Shown here in pieces: positions 1 to 11,200 of a DNA stretch of 64,000 bases. The stretch's first letter is position 1. Every line of letters begins with the position of its first letter. The position numbers and the translations under genes were made by a program. The stretch comes from Myxococcota bacterium (GTDB lineage: Bacteria; Myxococcota_A; UBA796; UBA2385). The notes beneath the pieces were generated by a model that saw nothing but the letters and a program-made list of their open reading frames with translations, was not told the origin of the DNA and made no database searches. The DNA is taken from positions 525,485 to 589,484 of the forward strand of contig JBIJDH010000003.1 in NCBI GenBank assembly GCA_044344255.1, written 5' to 3'.

Positions 1-2
1 GC

Positions 3-227
3 TTCGGGGCCCTCCTCGATGCGCTGCGGGAGGCCCGTAAGGAGCTCGACCGGGTCAACCTGGAGTCGGCCGAGCTCCACGGAGCGCCGCGCGCAGCCGC
101 CTACGCCGCCGGTCGGGTGCCCGCGCTGGCCCGGCTCCGGGGTGTGGTGGATCAAGTCGAAGCGCGGGTCGCCGACCACCGTTGGCCGCTGCCCCGCTAC
201 CGCGAGATGCTGTTCCAGAACGGCTGA
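3..227 (+). CDS. 3' end of glutamine synthetase type III (truncated by window edge)
   Basis: Frame 3 reads ...LARLRGVVDQVEARVADHRWPLPRYREMLFQNG*. WPLPxYxEMLF is the typical GSIII C-terminus. Not in the ORF track because the start lies outside the window. Confidence 0.75.
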   Translation, partial: FGALLDALREARKELDRVNLESAELHGAPRAAAYAAGRVPALARLRGVVDQVEARVADHRWPLPRYREMLFQNG

Positions 228-341
228 GCGGGGTGGCCCTCCGGGGCACGTCGCAGGATTCTCGACAAGTAGTCTGGATCCTGCCATTGCTCCGCCGCAG
301 TCCGTGGGGTACCCTCGCCGCCTCTTTCGCTGGAGTCCCCC

Positions 342-605
342 ATGGCTGACGGTGGTAGCAACAAGGGCAAGTTCGTAGCGGGCTGCTCCTGTCTCTCGGT
401 TGTCTTCTTTCTCTTCCTGATCATGTTCATTCAGTTCGGGTTGAGCATCGTCGTCGAGCAGGTGCCGGACATCGCGGTGGCCGCCTCGGTCATCTCTGGG
501 GTGGGCGCTTACATCTCGTACTCGTGCTGCTGCTTGAGCGGCGTGGGCATGGTCATCGGCATCGTGATGCTGGCCATGGGCGGCAAGAAGGAAGCGGAGG
601 CCTAG
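342..605 (+). CDS. small two-TM membrane protein, Cys-rich
   Basis: GGAG upstream of ATG; two hydrophobic segments; CSC and SCCC clusters; GC3-rich codons. Confidence 0.7.
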   Translation: MADGGSNKGKFVAGCSCLSVVFFLFLIMFIQFGLSIVVEQVPDIAVAASVISGVGAYISYSCCCLSGVGMVIGIVMLAMGGKKEAEA

Positions 606-610
606 TCTGG

Positions 611-1633
611 ATGCGGACGCCCGATGAGGCCCTCGCTGCCTGGGGAGACCCTGGCCCCGTGCTGGACTGTGCGGACGCGGGCCTCATCAACCGCACCTGG
701 CTGGTCGGCGAGCCCACGCGCGCCGTCCTCCAGTGGTTGAACCCGATCTTCTCGCCGCTCGTGAACGGGGAGATCGGCGCGCTCACCCGGCGCCTCGCCG
801 AGCGCGGCCTCCTCACCCCCCGGCTGATCCCGACGGCGTTGGGCTGGGAGTGGTTGACGGATGACGTAGGGTCCTGGCGCCTGTTGAGCTTCGTCCCTGG
901 CCGAACGCTCCACCGCGCCACGGGGCTCGCGCAGCTCGAGAGCGCGGGGCGGTTGGTGGGGCGCTTCCATGCCGCCCTCGCCGACTGGGCGCATGTGCGC
1001 TCGGCCCCCCGGCGTGACATTCACGACACCCCTCGGCGCATGGCCGATCTCGAGGCCGCCTTCGGAGGGGCAGAGGCCCATCCGCTGTACGCGGAGGCGC
1101 GCGTCCTGGCCGAACAGGTCCTCGGCGACTGGGCGCGCTGGGACGGCCAGCTCGACGGCCCCGAGCGGATCTGTCATGGAGACCTCAAGCTCTCCAACTT
1201 GCGTTTTGACGAGGCCGGACATGAGGCCATCTGCCTGCTCGACCTCGACACTGTGGGCCCGATGGCGCTGTCTTGTGAGCTCGGTGACGCTTGGCGGAGC
1301 TGGTGCAACCCCGCGGGGGAGGACGATCCCGAAGCGGTGACCTTCTCGGTGGAGGTCTTCGCGGCCAGCGCACGCGGTTTTCTCTCGGCCGCTCCGCCGA
1401 TGTCAGCCGGGGAGAAGGCGAGCCTGATCCCCGGGATCGAGCGGATCTGCCTTGAGCTCGCCGGTCGCTTCTGCGCCGACGCGGTGCGGAACACGTACTT
1501 CCGCGAGGATCGCGGGCGCTTCCCGGCCCCGGGCGCCCACAACTTGCGCCGCGCCCAGAGTCAGCTCGCGCTGGCCCGCCGCGCCCGCGCCGCCCGGTCG
1601 GCCTGCGAGGACGTCTTCGCGACCCTCCCCTGA
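611..1633 (+). CDS. aminoglycoside phosphotransferase/N-acetylhexosamine kinase-like protein
   Basis: GLINRTW, HGDLKLSNLRF (Brenner motif), LLDLDTVG; ATG 611 just after the previous stop. Confidence 0.8.
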   Translation: MRTPDEALAAWGDPGPVLDCADAGLINRTWLVGEPTRAVLQWLNPIFSPLVNGEIGALTRRLAERGLLTPRLIPTALGWEWLTDDVGSWRLLSFVPGRTLHRATGLAQLESAGRLVGRFHAALADWAHVRSAPRRDIHDTPRRMADLEAAFGGAEAHPLYAEARVLAEQVLGDWARWDGQLDGPERICHGDLKLSNLRFDEAGHEAICLLDLDTVGPMALSCELGDAWRSWCNPAGEDDPEAVTFSVEVFAASARGFLSAAPPMSAGEKASLIPGIERICLELAGRFCADAVRNTYFREDRGRFPAPGAHNLRRAQSQLALARRARAARSACEDVFATLP

Positions 1634-1743
1634 GGGTCGCGGGGCCGTGCGACGGCGGGTCAGCCCGGCGCCGTTGACTTCAGCGCCGGGGGCCCTACGA
1701 CTCTCCACCACCCCGATGCGTTCGCGCCGCCTACGGAGCGCCC

Positions 1744-3186
1744 ATGTCCCTTCCCCGCCCAGACGGTCCCCCGGGTGCTTGGTTCGAGGGGCTGGGCGTG
1801 AGCCCGGAGCTCCTCCGGCGAGTGATGGCCGCGGCCCTGGGCCAGGGGGCGGAGGACGCCGACCTCTACTTTCAGCACGCCGCCTCGACGAGCCTGAGCC
1901 TCGCCGATCACAAGGTCAGCCGGGTTGACACCCAGGTCGACCTGGGGATGGGGGTGCGGGTGCGGGTGGGTGATCAGGTCGGCTACGCCTACTCCGAGGA
2001 TCTTCGCCCCGAGGCCCTGCTCGCCGCCGCGCGCACCGCCGCCGCCTCCGCGGCCCACAGCCGCAGCCCGAGGGTCGCCCAAGAGGCCCGAGCCGTGAAG
2101 ATCGGTGACCACTACCCGGTCGAGAGACCCTTCTCTTCGGTCGAGGTCTCCGAACGAGTTGCGCTGCTTCGCGCCTGGGATGAGGCTGCCTTCGCCCGCG
2201 ACCACCGGGTGGAGCGAGTCGAGGCCACCCTCGTCGATGGGGCGAGCGTGGTCATGATTGTGCGGCCGGACGGTCGCCTGGTCGAGGACTGGCGGCCTTC
2301 GACGGTGGCGATGTTGCGCTGCACCGCCTCTTCCGCGGGCCAGAGAGAGTCCGCGAACTTCAGCGTGTCGGCGCGTCGCGGGATGGAGTTCTACAGCGCC
2401 GAACGCCAAGAGCGCCTCGTCGCGGAGGCCGTGGAGCGCACCATCTTCCTGCTCGGCGCCACGAAGCCCCCCGCTGGGGAGATGCCGGTGGTGCTCGCAG
2501 CCGGGCCCTCCGCCATCCTGCTGCACGAGGCCATCGGACACGGGTTGGAGGCTGACTTCAACCGAAAGCGCACGAGCATCTACGCCGACCGCATCGGGGA
2601 GCGCATCGCCGGCCCCGAGGTGACCATCGTCGATGACGGGACCCTCCCGGGTACCCGTGGCGCGCTCAACGTCGATGACGAGGGCAACGCCACGGAGCGA
2701 ACCGTGCTCGTCGAGGGCGGCGTTCTCCGCTCCTACCTGCAGGATGAGCTCAGCGCCGCGCATGACGGGGTCGCCTCCACGGGCTCTGGGAGGCGGCAAG
2801 ACTTCCGGCACGAGCCCCTGCCACGGATGCGCGCGACCCTGATGGTCGAGGGTCCCCACGCGCCCGAGGACATCATCCGCTCGGTCGATCGCGGCCTCTA
2901 CTGCGTCTCCTTCTCCAACGGATCGGTGAACATCGGGGGAGGGGACTTCTCCTTCTATATGCGCCACGGCTACCTGATCGAGGGGGGGAAGCTCACGAGA
3001 CCGGTCAAGGACGTCAACATCATCGGCAACGGACCCCGGGCCCTCGAACGCATGGACATGGTGGGCAATGACCTCGTCGTCGACGAAGGGGGCTGGACCT
3101 GCGGCAAACAAGGGCAGAGCGTGCCGGTGAGCCAGGGCATGCCCACGGTGCGGGTGTCCAGCTTGACCGTCGGGGGTGTGAATTGA
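1744..3186 (+). CDS. tldD: TldD metalloprotease subunit
   Basis: LLHEAIGHGLEADF (HExxxH), PLPRM, CGKQGQSVPVSQGMPT. Confidence 0.92.
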   Translation: MSLPRPDGPPGAWFEGLGVSPELLRRVMAAALGQGAEDADLYFQHAASTSLSLADHKVSRVDTQVDLGMGVRVRVGDQVGYAYSEDLRPEALLAAARTAAASAAHSRSPRVAQEARAVKIGDHYPVERPFSSVEVSERVALLRAWDEAAFARDHRVERVEATLVDGASVVMIVRPDGRLVEDWRPSTVAMLRCTASSAGQRESANFSVSARRGMEFYSAERQERLVAEAVERTIFLLGATKPPAGEMPVVLAAGPSAILLHEAIGHGLEADFNRKRTSIYADRIGERIAGPEVTIVDDGTLPGTRGALNVDDEGNATERTVLVEGGVLRSYLQDELSAAHDGVASTGSGRRQDFRHEPLPRMRATLMVEGPHAPEDIIRSVDRGLYCVSFSNGSVNIGGGDFSFYMRHGYLIEGGKLTRPVKDVNIIGNGPRALERMDMVGNDLVVDEGGWTCGKQGQSVPVSQGMPTVRVSSLTVGGVN

Positions 3187-4508
3187 GCGCCACCGCCGAT
3201 CTCCTCGAGCTCGGGGAGCGGATCGTGCGGTTGGGGCGCGACCTCGGGGCGGACGAGGTGGCGGCGCGGACCGGAACGGGGACCTGGACGGAGCTGGTTT
3301 GCCGGGACGGCGCGGTTGAGAAGGCGCACGAGTCGCGCTCGCTCTCCGCCACGATCTCGCTGTTGGTCGATGACCGCTACTCTTCCCATCATACGAGCGA
3401 TCTTCGGCCGGAGGCCCTCCGGACCTTCCTCCGGCGCGCGGTCGAGGCCACGCGCTACCTCGAGCCCGATCCCGACCGACGGTTGCCAGAGCTCAGCAGC
3501 CAGGGTGTCTCAGGGGCGGCCCTTGACCTCCTCGACCCCCAACCTTTGGGGGAGGCCGAGACCCGACGGCGTGTGACGGCGCAGGTGGAGGCGGCGATCC
3601 GCGCGGCGGTGAGCGACCTGCCGATCCGCTCGGTGAGCGCCTCGGCGTCATCGGGGAGATCGGCTGGGGCGATGGTCCACTCCCAAGGCTTCTCCGCAGC
3701 TTGGGAGGGCACCCGCAGCTCCTTCTATGGGGGGCTGAGCGTGGAGGACGTCGGGGGGCGGCTCCCCGATTCACATGCCTCTTTCTCGGCGGTGCACCAG
3801 TCCGATCTGCCGCCGATATCGCGCGTGGGGGAAGAGGTGGGGGCGCGCATCCGCCGTCGGCTCGGCAGCGGCCCCGCTCCCAGCGGGCGTTACCCCCTGC
3901 TCCTCGAGGGTCGGGTGGCGTCCCGCCTGTTGAGCGTCCTCACCGGTCCGCTCGACGGCACGGCCCTGTTCGAGAAGCGGAGCTGCATGTCGGGGCGCCT
4001 CGGCCAGCGGGTCGCGTCGGCGGGCTTCAGCCTCTACGATGACCCGCTGCTCCCTCGCGCGATCGGCAGCCGAGCGTGCGACGGGGAGGGGCGCCCCTCC
4101 GCCCGCAGGGCCATCGTCGAGGACGGCGTGCTCCAGAGCTACCTCCTTGGGGTGTACAACGCACGGCGGCTCGGCCTCGCCCCCTCGGTCGCCTCGCTGT
4201 CCAACGTCGTGGTCCCGGCGGGCCGCCGCAGCCCCGCGGCCATCCTGGCCGAGCTTGGCCCCAGCGTGCGGGTGGACGGCTTCCTCGGTGGGAACACAAA
4301 CCCCACCTCGGGGGACTTCTCCTTCGGCATCACCGGCCTGCTCGTCGATCGGGGCGAGGAGACCCGGCGTCTCTCGGAGATGAACGTCTCCGGCAACGTC
4401 TTCGAGCTCTTCGATCGCTTCTTGGAGGCGGCTGAGGATACGTGGGTCTATGGCACCTGGCAGAGCCCCTCCCTCCTGTTTGACGATGTCCAGCTCTCGG
4501 GGACCTGA
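3183..4508 (+). CDS. pmbA: TldE/PmbA non-catalytic partner
   Basis: TTGA overlap with tldD; DGEG, NPTSGDFSFG, SPSLLF; lacks HExxxH. Confidence 0.88.
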   Translation: MSATADLLELGERIVRLGRDLGADEVAARTGTGTWTELVCRDGAVEKAHESRSLSATISLLVDDRYSSHHTSDLRPEALRTFLRRAVEATRYLEPDPDRRLPELSSQGVSGAALDLLDPQPLGEAETRRRVTAQVEAAIRAAVSDLPIRSVSASASSGRSAGAMVHSQGFSAAWEGTRSSFYGGLSVEDVGGRLPDSHASFSAVHQSDLPPISRVGEEVGARIRRRLGSGPAPSGRYPLLLEGRVASRLLSVLTGPLDGTALFEKRSCMSGRLGQRVASAGFSLYDDPLLPRAIGSRACDGEGRPSARRAIVEDGVLQSYLLGVYNARRLGLAPSVASLSNVVVPAGRRSPAAILAELGPSVRVDGFLGGNTNPTSGDFSFGITGLLVDRGEETRRLSEMNVSGNVFELFDRFLEAAEDTWVYGTWQSPSLLFDDVQLSGT

Positions 4509-4524
4509 GCTGGCCCCGGCCGCC

Positions 4525-5463
4525 GTGGAGCCTCGCCGAGGCTCGCTGCGGTGGGCTTGGGTTGTGCTCTGCCTCGGCGGGGCGGCGCTCTGCCCGGGGG
4601 CCCTCGCCGCAGACGCCCCCAGGGCCACGGTGCCCGCGCCCGCCGCCGGCGCCGCAGGTGGGCCCGCCCCAGATGTGCCCGCCGCAGGTGGGCCCGCCGC
4701 AGGTGAGCCCGAGCTGGGCCCGGCCGGGGCGGCGGCCGACCAGGAGATCGTGGTCTTCGGTGAGCTGGAGCTGGCCAAGCAGCGAGCCCTGCTCGAGCGG
4801 GACCTCCGGGCCCTCGGCTATCGACCCGGCAAGCGAAAGGAGGGTGAGACGGTCTTTCGCCCCGAGGTCGCCTGGAAGCCGACGGTGGTGATCCACGACG
4901 AAGGCTTCGTCATCATCAAGCGCACGCCGCCTCGCTTTGAGTCTTACGTAAAGAGCGAGTCGAAGCTACGTTATTTGGCTTGTGTGCCGCCCTTCACGCC
5001 GATGTGTGTGCGTATCGGCGGGATCATCGTCACGAAGCGCAAGCTCGCGCACCAGAAGTCCAAGGTGGCCGCCGCCATCGATCCCGACCTGCGGGACTGG
5101 CAAGGCGCCATCTCTGGCCTCGCGATGGACCGTCGGCTCGGGGTCGAGGTCCCCGACCAGCTCGACCGCCTGTGGTTGCAGGGGGTCCCCTTCGACGGTG
5201 ACCAACCCACCCTCCCCACGCCGCTCGAGCGTCGGGCGGCGATGCTCACCTTCTGGGCTGAGCGTGCGTGTAATCCGGAGGGAGCGCAGGTCTCGGAGCT
5301 GGTCGCCCTGTACCTCGACGAGGTGGTGCAGAGCTCCACGGACCCGGTCACGCTCGCGGAGCAGGGGGCCGCCAATCAGCGAACGATCTGCCCGCGGAGC
5401 CTTCAATTGTCCGGTCTTGCGCCCGCGACACCGCCACCCCTCGGAGGCAGGCCCGCCCCTTGA
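4525..5463 (+). CDS. hypothetical exported protein (start uncertain, 4486 or 4525)
   Basis: Signal-peptide-like N-terminus, A/G/P linker, then a globular region (EIVVFGE..., CVPPFTPMC). Confidence 0.65.
   Translation: MEPRRGSLRWAWVVLCLGGAALCPGALAADAPRATVPAPAAGAAGGPAPDVPAAGGPAAGEPELGPAGAAADQEIVVFGELELAKQRALLERDLRALGYRPGKRKEGETVFRPEVAWKPTVVIHDEGFVIIKRTPPRFESYVKSESKLRYLACVPPFTPMCVRIGGIIVTKRKLAHQKSKVAAAIDPDLRDWQGAISGLAMDRRLGVEVPDQLDRLWLQGVPFDGDQPTLPTPLERRAAMLTFWAERACNPEGAQVSELVALYLDEVVQSSTDPVTLAEQGAANQRTICPRSLQLSGLAPATPPPLGGRPAP
4651..4710 (+). repeat. 4 x 15-bp in-frame tandem repeat (GCCGCAGGTGGGCCC variants)
   Basis: Units at 4651, 4666, 4681 and 4696 encode AAGGP APDVP AAGGP AAGEP. Confidence 0.85.
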
Positions 5464-5488
5464 CGAGTCCGGAGCCGCCGCTTAGGGC
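5460..5488 (+). promoter_or_regulatory. putative sigma70 promoter of the rimP operon
   Basis: TTGACG-17 bp-TAGGGC; the -10 is weak. Confidence 0.4.
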
Positions 5489-5514
5489 AGAAGGAACCAA
5501 TCCGATCCCCAACC

Positions 5515-5544
5515 AGGAGCGGCCCTCGGGCCCTCCTTTTTTTT
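5515..5544 (+). terminator. intrinsic terminator/attenuator in the rimP leader
   Basis: AGGAG-C-GGCC-CTCG-GGCC-CTCC followed by T8, about 50 nt upstream of rimP. Confidence 0.75.
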
Positions 5545-5593
5545 CGCCCGCGCGGCACCCTCACCGCGCTCCTCCGCTCGGAAACGCCCCTCG

Positions 5594-6118
5594 ATGGACT
5601 TCGCAGCTCGCCAAATGCTCCGCCAGCGCATCCGCGCTATCGCTGAGCCCGTCGTGCTCCGGGCCGGCTGCGAGCTGGTCGCCGTCGAGCTGGGTGGCGG
5701 AAAGGGCGCGACGGTCCTTCGGTTGTACATCGACAAGCCGGAGGGCGTGGCCGCAGAGGACTGCACGCGCGTCAGCCGCAGCCTGTCCCCGGAGCTCGAC
5801 GTCGAGGATCCCATCCCCGTGGCCTACACCCTCGAGGTGTCGAGCCCTGGCATGGAGCGCCCGCTGGAGAGGCCGGCCGATTTTGAACGGTTCAAGGGCT
5901 CCCGAGTTCGGGTGAAGATGCCAGGCGAGTTTGGTCGCCGGCAATTCACCGGTGTGCTCGGGGGTCTCGAAGAAGGCTCTCTCATCCTGGAGGTCGCCGG
6001 CGGGCGTCTCGAGCGGATCCTGCTGGATCAGATCGAGCGTGTTCGTCTGGACCTCACCTTTGACGAGTTCATGCGGCTGGCGGAGAGACCGCTGGCCGAG
6101 CGAGGAGAACTGCCATGA
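5594..6118 (+). CDS. rimP: ribosome maturation factor RimP
   Basis: [31 protein letters not shown]; upstream of nusA. Confidence 0.95.
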   Translation: MDFAARQMLRQRIRAIAEPVVLRAGCELVAVELGGGKGATVLRLYIDKPEGVAAEDCTRVSRSLSPELDVEDPIPVAYTLEVSSPGMERPLERPADFERFKGSRVRVKMPGEFGRRQFTGVLGGLEEGSLILEVAGGRLERILLDQIERVRLDLTFDEFMRLAERPLAERGELP

Positions 6119-7422
6119 TCAGCGATCTCGCCCGCTTGATCGACACGGTCCACCGTGAGAAGAACATCCCGCGGGACTCCCTCATCGAGGTGCTCGAGCA
6201 GGCGATGGTCGCCGCTGCTCGCAAGCGCTACGGCCAAACCCGAGACATCGAGGCTCAATACAACGATGACCTCGGCGAGGTGGAGCTCTTCGAGTTCCGC
6301 ACCGTGGTTGAGGAGTTTGGGGAGAACCCGGACACGGAGATCTCTGTCGAGGATGCCCGCACGGATGACTCCGGCTGTGAGGTCGGCGACTCGCTCGGCA
6401 TCAAGATGCTGGTCGAGGATCTCGGGCGCATCGCGGCGCAGACCGCCAAGCAGGTCATCATCCAGAAGATCCGCGACGCCGAGCGGGAGATGACCTTCAA
6501 CGAGTTCAAGGACCGGAAGGGCGAGCTCATCACCGGCATCGTCCGACGCTTTGAGAAGGGCAACATCGTGGTCGACCTCGGTCGAGCCGAGTCCGTCCTG
6601 CCCAAGCGCGAGCAGGTCCCGACCGAGACCTACCGTCAGGGCGACCGGATCCAGGCCTATGTCCTCGACATCACCCGGGCCTCGAAGTCGCCGCAGGTGG
6701 TGCTGAGCCGCACTCACCCCGGCCTGCTGATGAAGCTCTTTGAGCTTGAGGTCCCTGAGATCTACGAGGGCATCGTGCGGATCGAGGCTTGCGCTCGCGA
6801 GCCGGGGCATCGCGCCAAGATCGCCGTCTCTTCGCAAGACCGTGATGTCGATCCCGTGGGCGCCTGCGTCGGGCTCAAGGGCTCTCGCGTCCAGGCCGTC
6901 GTGCAGGAGCTCCGTGGAGAGGCGATCGACATCATCCCCTTCCACGGCGATCCGGCGCGCTTCATCGTGCACGCCATCGCGCCGGCACAGGTGAGCAAGG
7001 TCTACATCGACGAGCACACCCACTCGATGGAGCTCATCGTCCCGGACGACCAGCTCTCGAAGGCCATCGGTCGCCGCGGTCAGAACGTGCGCCTCGCCGC
7101 CCAGCTCACCGGCTGGCGGATCGACATCTTCTCCGAGACCCGCCACGCCGAGATGGTCGCCCAGGCCCGCGACGAGCTGAGCCGCGTCCCTCGCCTGGAC
7201 CACGATCAGGTCGAGACGCTCATCCGCCACGGCTTCCGCAGCGCCCAGGAGCTGTACGACGCCGAAGCCTACGAGGTCGCGGGAATCCTCGGCCTTGAGG
7301 ATGAAGACGCTGAGGCCATCATCGCGGAGGCCGAGCGGGTGCTCGACGCGCTCATCATGGACGAAGCCGACCGGCGTAAGGCCCGTCAGTCGGGGGATGA
7401 AGATCTCCCGGCGGAGGCCTGA
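6115..7422 (+). CDS. nusA: transcription termination factor NusA
   Basis: [43 protein letters not shown]. Confidence 0.97.
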   Translation: MISDLARLIDTVHREKNIPRDSLIEVLEQAMVAAARKRYGQTRDIEAQYNDDLGEVELFEFRTVVEEFGENPDTEISVEDARTDDSGCEVGDSLGIKMLVEDLGRIAAQTAKQVIIQKIRDAEREMTFNEFKDRKGELITGIVRRFEKGNIVVDLGRAESVLPKREQVPTETYRQGDRIQAYVLDITRASKSPQVVLSRTHPGLLMKLFELEVPEIYEGIVRIEACAREPGHRAKIAVSSQDRDVDPVGACVGLKGSRVQAVVQELRGEAIDIIPFHGDPARFIVHAIAPAQVSKVYIDEHTHSMELIVPDDQLSKAIGRRGQNVRLAAQLTGWRIDIFSETRHAEMVAQARDELSRVPRLDHDQVETLIRHGFRSAQELYDAEAYEVAGILGLEDEDAEAIIAEAERVLDALIMDEADRRKARQSGDEDLPAEA

Positions 7423-7428
7423 ACCGCG

Positions 7429-8040
7429 ATGGGGCAGCCGCGCCCGCGGCGGTCGGGCGCGGGGCCACGGCCGGAGCGCCCAGATGGGCAGGGCGTGCGG
7501 ACCTGTGTGGTCTGTCGAGATCGCTCATCCTCCCGCCTCATGGTGCGGTTCGTGCTGGCCGAGGCGGGGAGGGCCACGCTGGATGGTTCACCCCACCATC
7601 CCGGTCGGGGGGCTTGGTGCTGCCTGCGTGGCGCCTGCCTGAGGGCGATCAAGCCAGGGAACATCTCCCGGGGCGTCAAGGCGGAGGTTCGCCGCTTGGA
7701 CGATCCGCTGCCTGCCCTTCGAATGAAGGTGGTGCTGCGTGTTCGGCAGGCCCTCTTGAGGGCTTGGCGGAGCGGCCTGCTGGTAGACGTCTTGCGTCTT
7801 GGCGCCGCCGGCCCGCCGCCAGTGGCGGTCTGCGGGCTCCAGGGCGACGATCCGCCCTCGGAGGCCCACCCCGCGTGTGTGGGGCTCCCGATCCACATGC
7901 TCCCCCTCTCTCGAGGCGAGCTTCAGGCGCTATTTGGGCTCCACCCCTCCGGAGGGTTCTCCGGAGGGGTGGTGATCCGAGCTGGTCGTCCGAGCCGCGC
8001 CCTGCGAGACGAGTTGCGGTGTCTGCACGATCTGGGTTAG
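7429..8040 (+). CDS. ylxR: YlxR/DUF448 RNA-binding protein with a C-terminal extension, possibly degenerate L7Ae/YlxQ
   Basis: RTCVVCR, PGRGAWCC..AC; conserved position between nusA and infB. Confidence 0.75.
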   Translation: MGQPRPRRSGAGPRPERPDGQGVRTCVVCRDRSSSRLMVRFVLAEAGRATLDGSPHHPGRGAWCCLRGACLRAIKPGNISRGVKAEVRRLDDPLPALRMKVVLRVRQALLRAWRSGLLVDVLRLGAAGPPPVAVCGLQGDDPPSEAHPACVGLPIHMLPLSRGELQALFGLHPSGGFSGGVVIRAGRPSRALRDELRCLHDLG

Positions 8041-8217
8041 TACCCGTGCCGCTGCCGCTGGTACCTCTCGATCCTCGAACCGAGGCCCCCGAGTGGGGCC
8101 AGCGCCATCCTCCCCGCAAGCACGTGCTGGCTCGTGGGATTCACGACAGGAAAGCCTGTCGGCTTCTCCTCTCACGAGACAGTTCACGGAGTGCTTGCGG
8201 GCATTCGAAGGGCCCTG

Positions 8218-11200
8218 ATGTCCACTAAGGATCTGATTGAGCGTCTCTCCCGAACCTCCTCGAGCCGGCCGACAAGGCCCGCTGGGGAGCCTGTGGGTAC
8301 GGACCGCGGTGAAACCCAGACACGCGTCAACAACGCGGTCATCCGCCGCCGAAAGGCCGAGCCGGAGCCCGCTCCGCCTCCGCCCCCGCCGGTAGACGTT
8401 CGTCGGAAGGTCGTGGTCCGGAAGCGGATCAATGAGCCCGAAGAGGCGGTGAGCGCGGCTCCCGCCGGCCCGCCGGCGCGCCTCGGCTCGCCGGTGTCGC
8501 TGCGGTCTCCCGATCCGTCTCGGCCCGTGGCCCCACGGGGCGCCGTCGGCCCTGTCACGGAGTCGCCACCTGTGGTGGAGGCTGCGTCGGCAGGTGAGCA
8601 GGCCCCGGAGCCGGTCGGCGAGCCCGTGGTGCAGTCCGCACCGGCTGTGGTGGCCGCGGCGGTCGAAGAGGCTTCGGCTTCTGTCTCGGCCCCGGTCGAA
8701 GTGTCGGCGACGGTCGTTGAGGCTGCCCCTGCGGTCGAGGCCGCGCCGGAGCGTCTAGCGGTCGAGCCGGAGCGTCCAGCAGCCGCGCCCGTGGCGGTCG
8801 AGGCGTCGGCATCTCCGGTGGTCGAGTCCGTTGCCGCGCCGGTGGTGGACGTCGAGCCTGAGCGACCTGTGGTGCAGGCGGCCCCCGCCGCCAAGGTCTC
8901 CGAGTCGGTCCGTCCGGCCGCCCCCGCCCAAGGGGCCCCCCGTAACGATGGGCGTGTCCCCACTTCGCGCCCTGGTGACGGTCGTGCGGAGCCCGGTCGC
9001 CCTGCCGCCGGCGCCGCTCCGGCTCGTCCGGGTGCTGCTCCCGTCGGCGCCCGTCCACCCCGTCCGGGTGATATTCGCGACCCGCGGCCCGCCGAGTCCG
9101 CCGTGGGTCCCTCCGGCCCCCGCGCCGAGGCGCCTCGACCAAACCTCCCCCGCCTCGCGGCGCGCGGCGAAGGGTCGAACTTCCCCGGCCTCGGCTCCGC
9201 GGTCGTACGCCCTCCGCCTGGCTACGATCCGAACGATCCGTCGGGCAACCGGCGCCGTGCCCAGGCTGCCGCAGAGCAGGCCAAGACGTCCCAGCCTTCC
9301 GGCCAGCAGGCTCGCCCCGGCGGTGCCAACTTCCGTGATGAGCGCCGCCCTGGCGGTCCTCCGGGCCCGGGTGCCGGGCAGGTCGGTCCCGGTCCCGCCG
9401 GTCCGGGTGCTACGGTCATCGGTGGAGGCCCCCCCAAGGAGGGCGATCGCCGGGACAAGCCCGCAGCCCGGAAGGGCGCCAAGCCCGACGGCCGCCGAGG
9501 ACGCATCGAGATGGACGCCGAGGACCTCGGGGGACCGTCGCGCCGTCGCCGGCCGAAGGCCAAGGTTGCCGTCCGGAGCACGAGCCCGCAGGCCAAGCAG
9601 ATCAAGCGCCGCGTCGAGGTCGACGAGACGATCACGGTCGCTCAGCTCGCGCACGGAATGTCGGTCAAGTCGACCCAGGTGATCAAGGCCCTGCTCAGCA
9701 TGGGCCAAATGGTCACCGTCAACGACTCTCTCGACTTCGACACCGCCCAGCTGGTGGCGCAGGAGTTCGAGTTCGAGGTGGTGAACTCTTCCTTCCAGGA
9801 AGATGAGCACCTCATCGACGTCGAGGACGAGGACACCGACCTCGAGCCGCGCCCCCCCGTGGTCACCATCATGGGCCACGTGGACCACGGCAAGACGACC
9901 CTCCTCGACGTCATCCGCGACGCCAACGTGGCCGGCGGGGAGGCGGGCGGCATCACCCAGCATGTCGGCGCCTACCAGGTGGAGCGTAATGGGCAGCTGA
10001 TCACCTTCATCGACACGCCGGGGCACGAGGCCTTCACGGCGATGCGCGCCCGCGGCGCTCAGGTCACCGACATCGTGGTGTTGGTGGTGGCCGCCGATGA
10101 CGGCGTGATGCCGCAGACGATCGAGTCAATCAACCACGCCAAGGCGGCGGGGGTCGACATTGTCGTCGCGATCAACAAGTGCGACAAGGCGGACTCCCGC
10201 CCCGAGCGCGTCACGCAGCAGCTGATGGAGCACGGGCTCGTCCCCGAGGCTTACGGCGGTGAGACGATGTTCGTGCAGGTGTCCGCGCTCAAGAAGCGGG
10301 GCATCGACGATCTCCTCGACGCGCTGCTCCTGGTCGCCGAGCTCGGCGACTACCGGGCCAACCCGAAGCGGCACGGCGAGGGCTCTGTCCTCGAAGCGCG
10401 GCTGGAGCGCGGCAAGGGCCCCGTGGCCACGATCATCGTGCAGCACGGTACGGTCGAGCAGGGGCAGTGTGTGGTGATCGGCAACACCTGGGGCCGCATC
10501 CGGGCGCTGAACGACACCAAGGGCAAGCGCATCAAGGTGGCTGGCCCCTCTACGCCGGTCGAGATCATGGGCATCGAAGATGTCCCGCAGGCCGGTGACA
10601 ACTTCGTGATCGTGGCCTCGGAGAAGGACGCAAAGGCCCTCGCCGAGCACCGCGCCGAAGCCACACGACAGTCGGGCCTCAACGTCACCACCCGCGTGAC
10701 GCTCGAAGACTTGATGGCCCGCGGGCAAGGCGAGGCGGCGAAGCTCAGCCTCAACCTCATCGTCAAGGCCGACGTGGGTGGCAGCCTCGAGGCCATCCGG
10801 CACGCCTTCTCGAAGATCTCGGTCGAGGGCACCGAGCTCAAGATCCTGCACTCCGCGGTCGGCGCGGTGACGGAGAGCGACGTGATGCTCGCGCACACCA
10901 ACGGTGGCGTGATCATCGGCTTCAACGTCAGGCCGGATCCCAAGGCTCGTGAGGCCGCCGACTCCTACGGGGTCGAGGTCCGCACCTACAAGATCGTCTA
11001 CGAGGCCATCGACGACGTGCAGAAGGGCCTCCGCGGCCTCCTGGGTCCCACGATCACCGAGAAGGTGCAGGGCTCCATCGAGATTCGCCAGCTCTTCAAC
11101 ATCCCGAAGATCGGCACCATCGCTGGTTGTTTTGTCATCGAGGGGAAGGTGGCGCGAAATCACGGCGTCCGCCTGCTCCGCGACAGCAAGATCGTCTGGG

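Noticed and set aside
4651..4710. 15-bp repeats as CRISPR or iterons
   Set aside because: Contiguous with no spacers, in frame, and encoding a protein linker.
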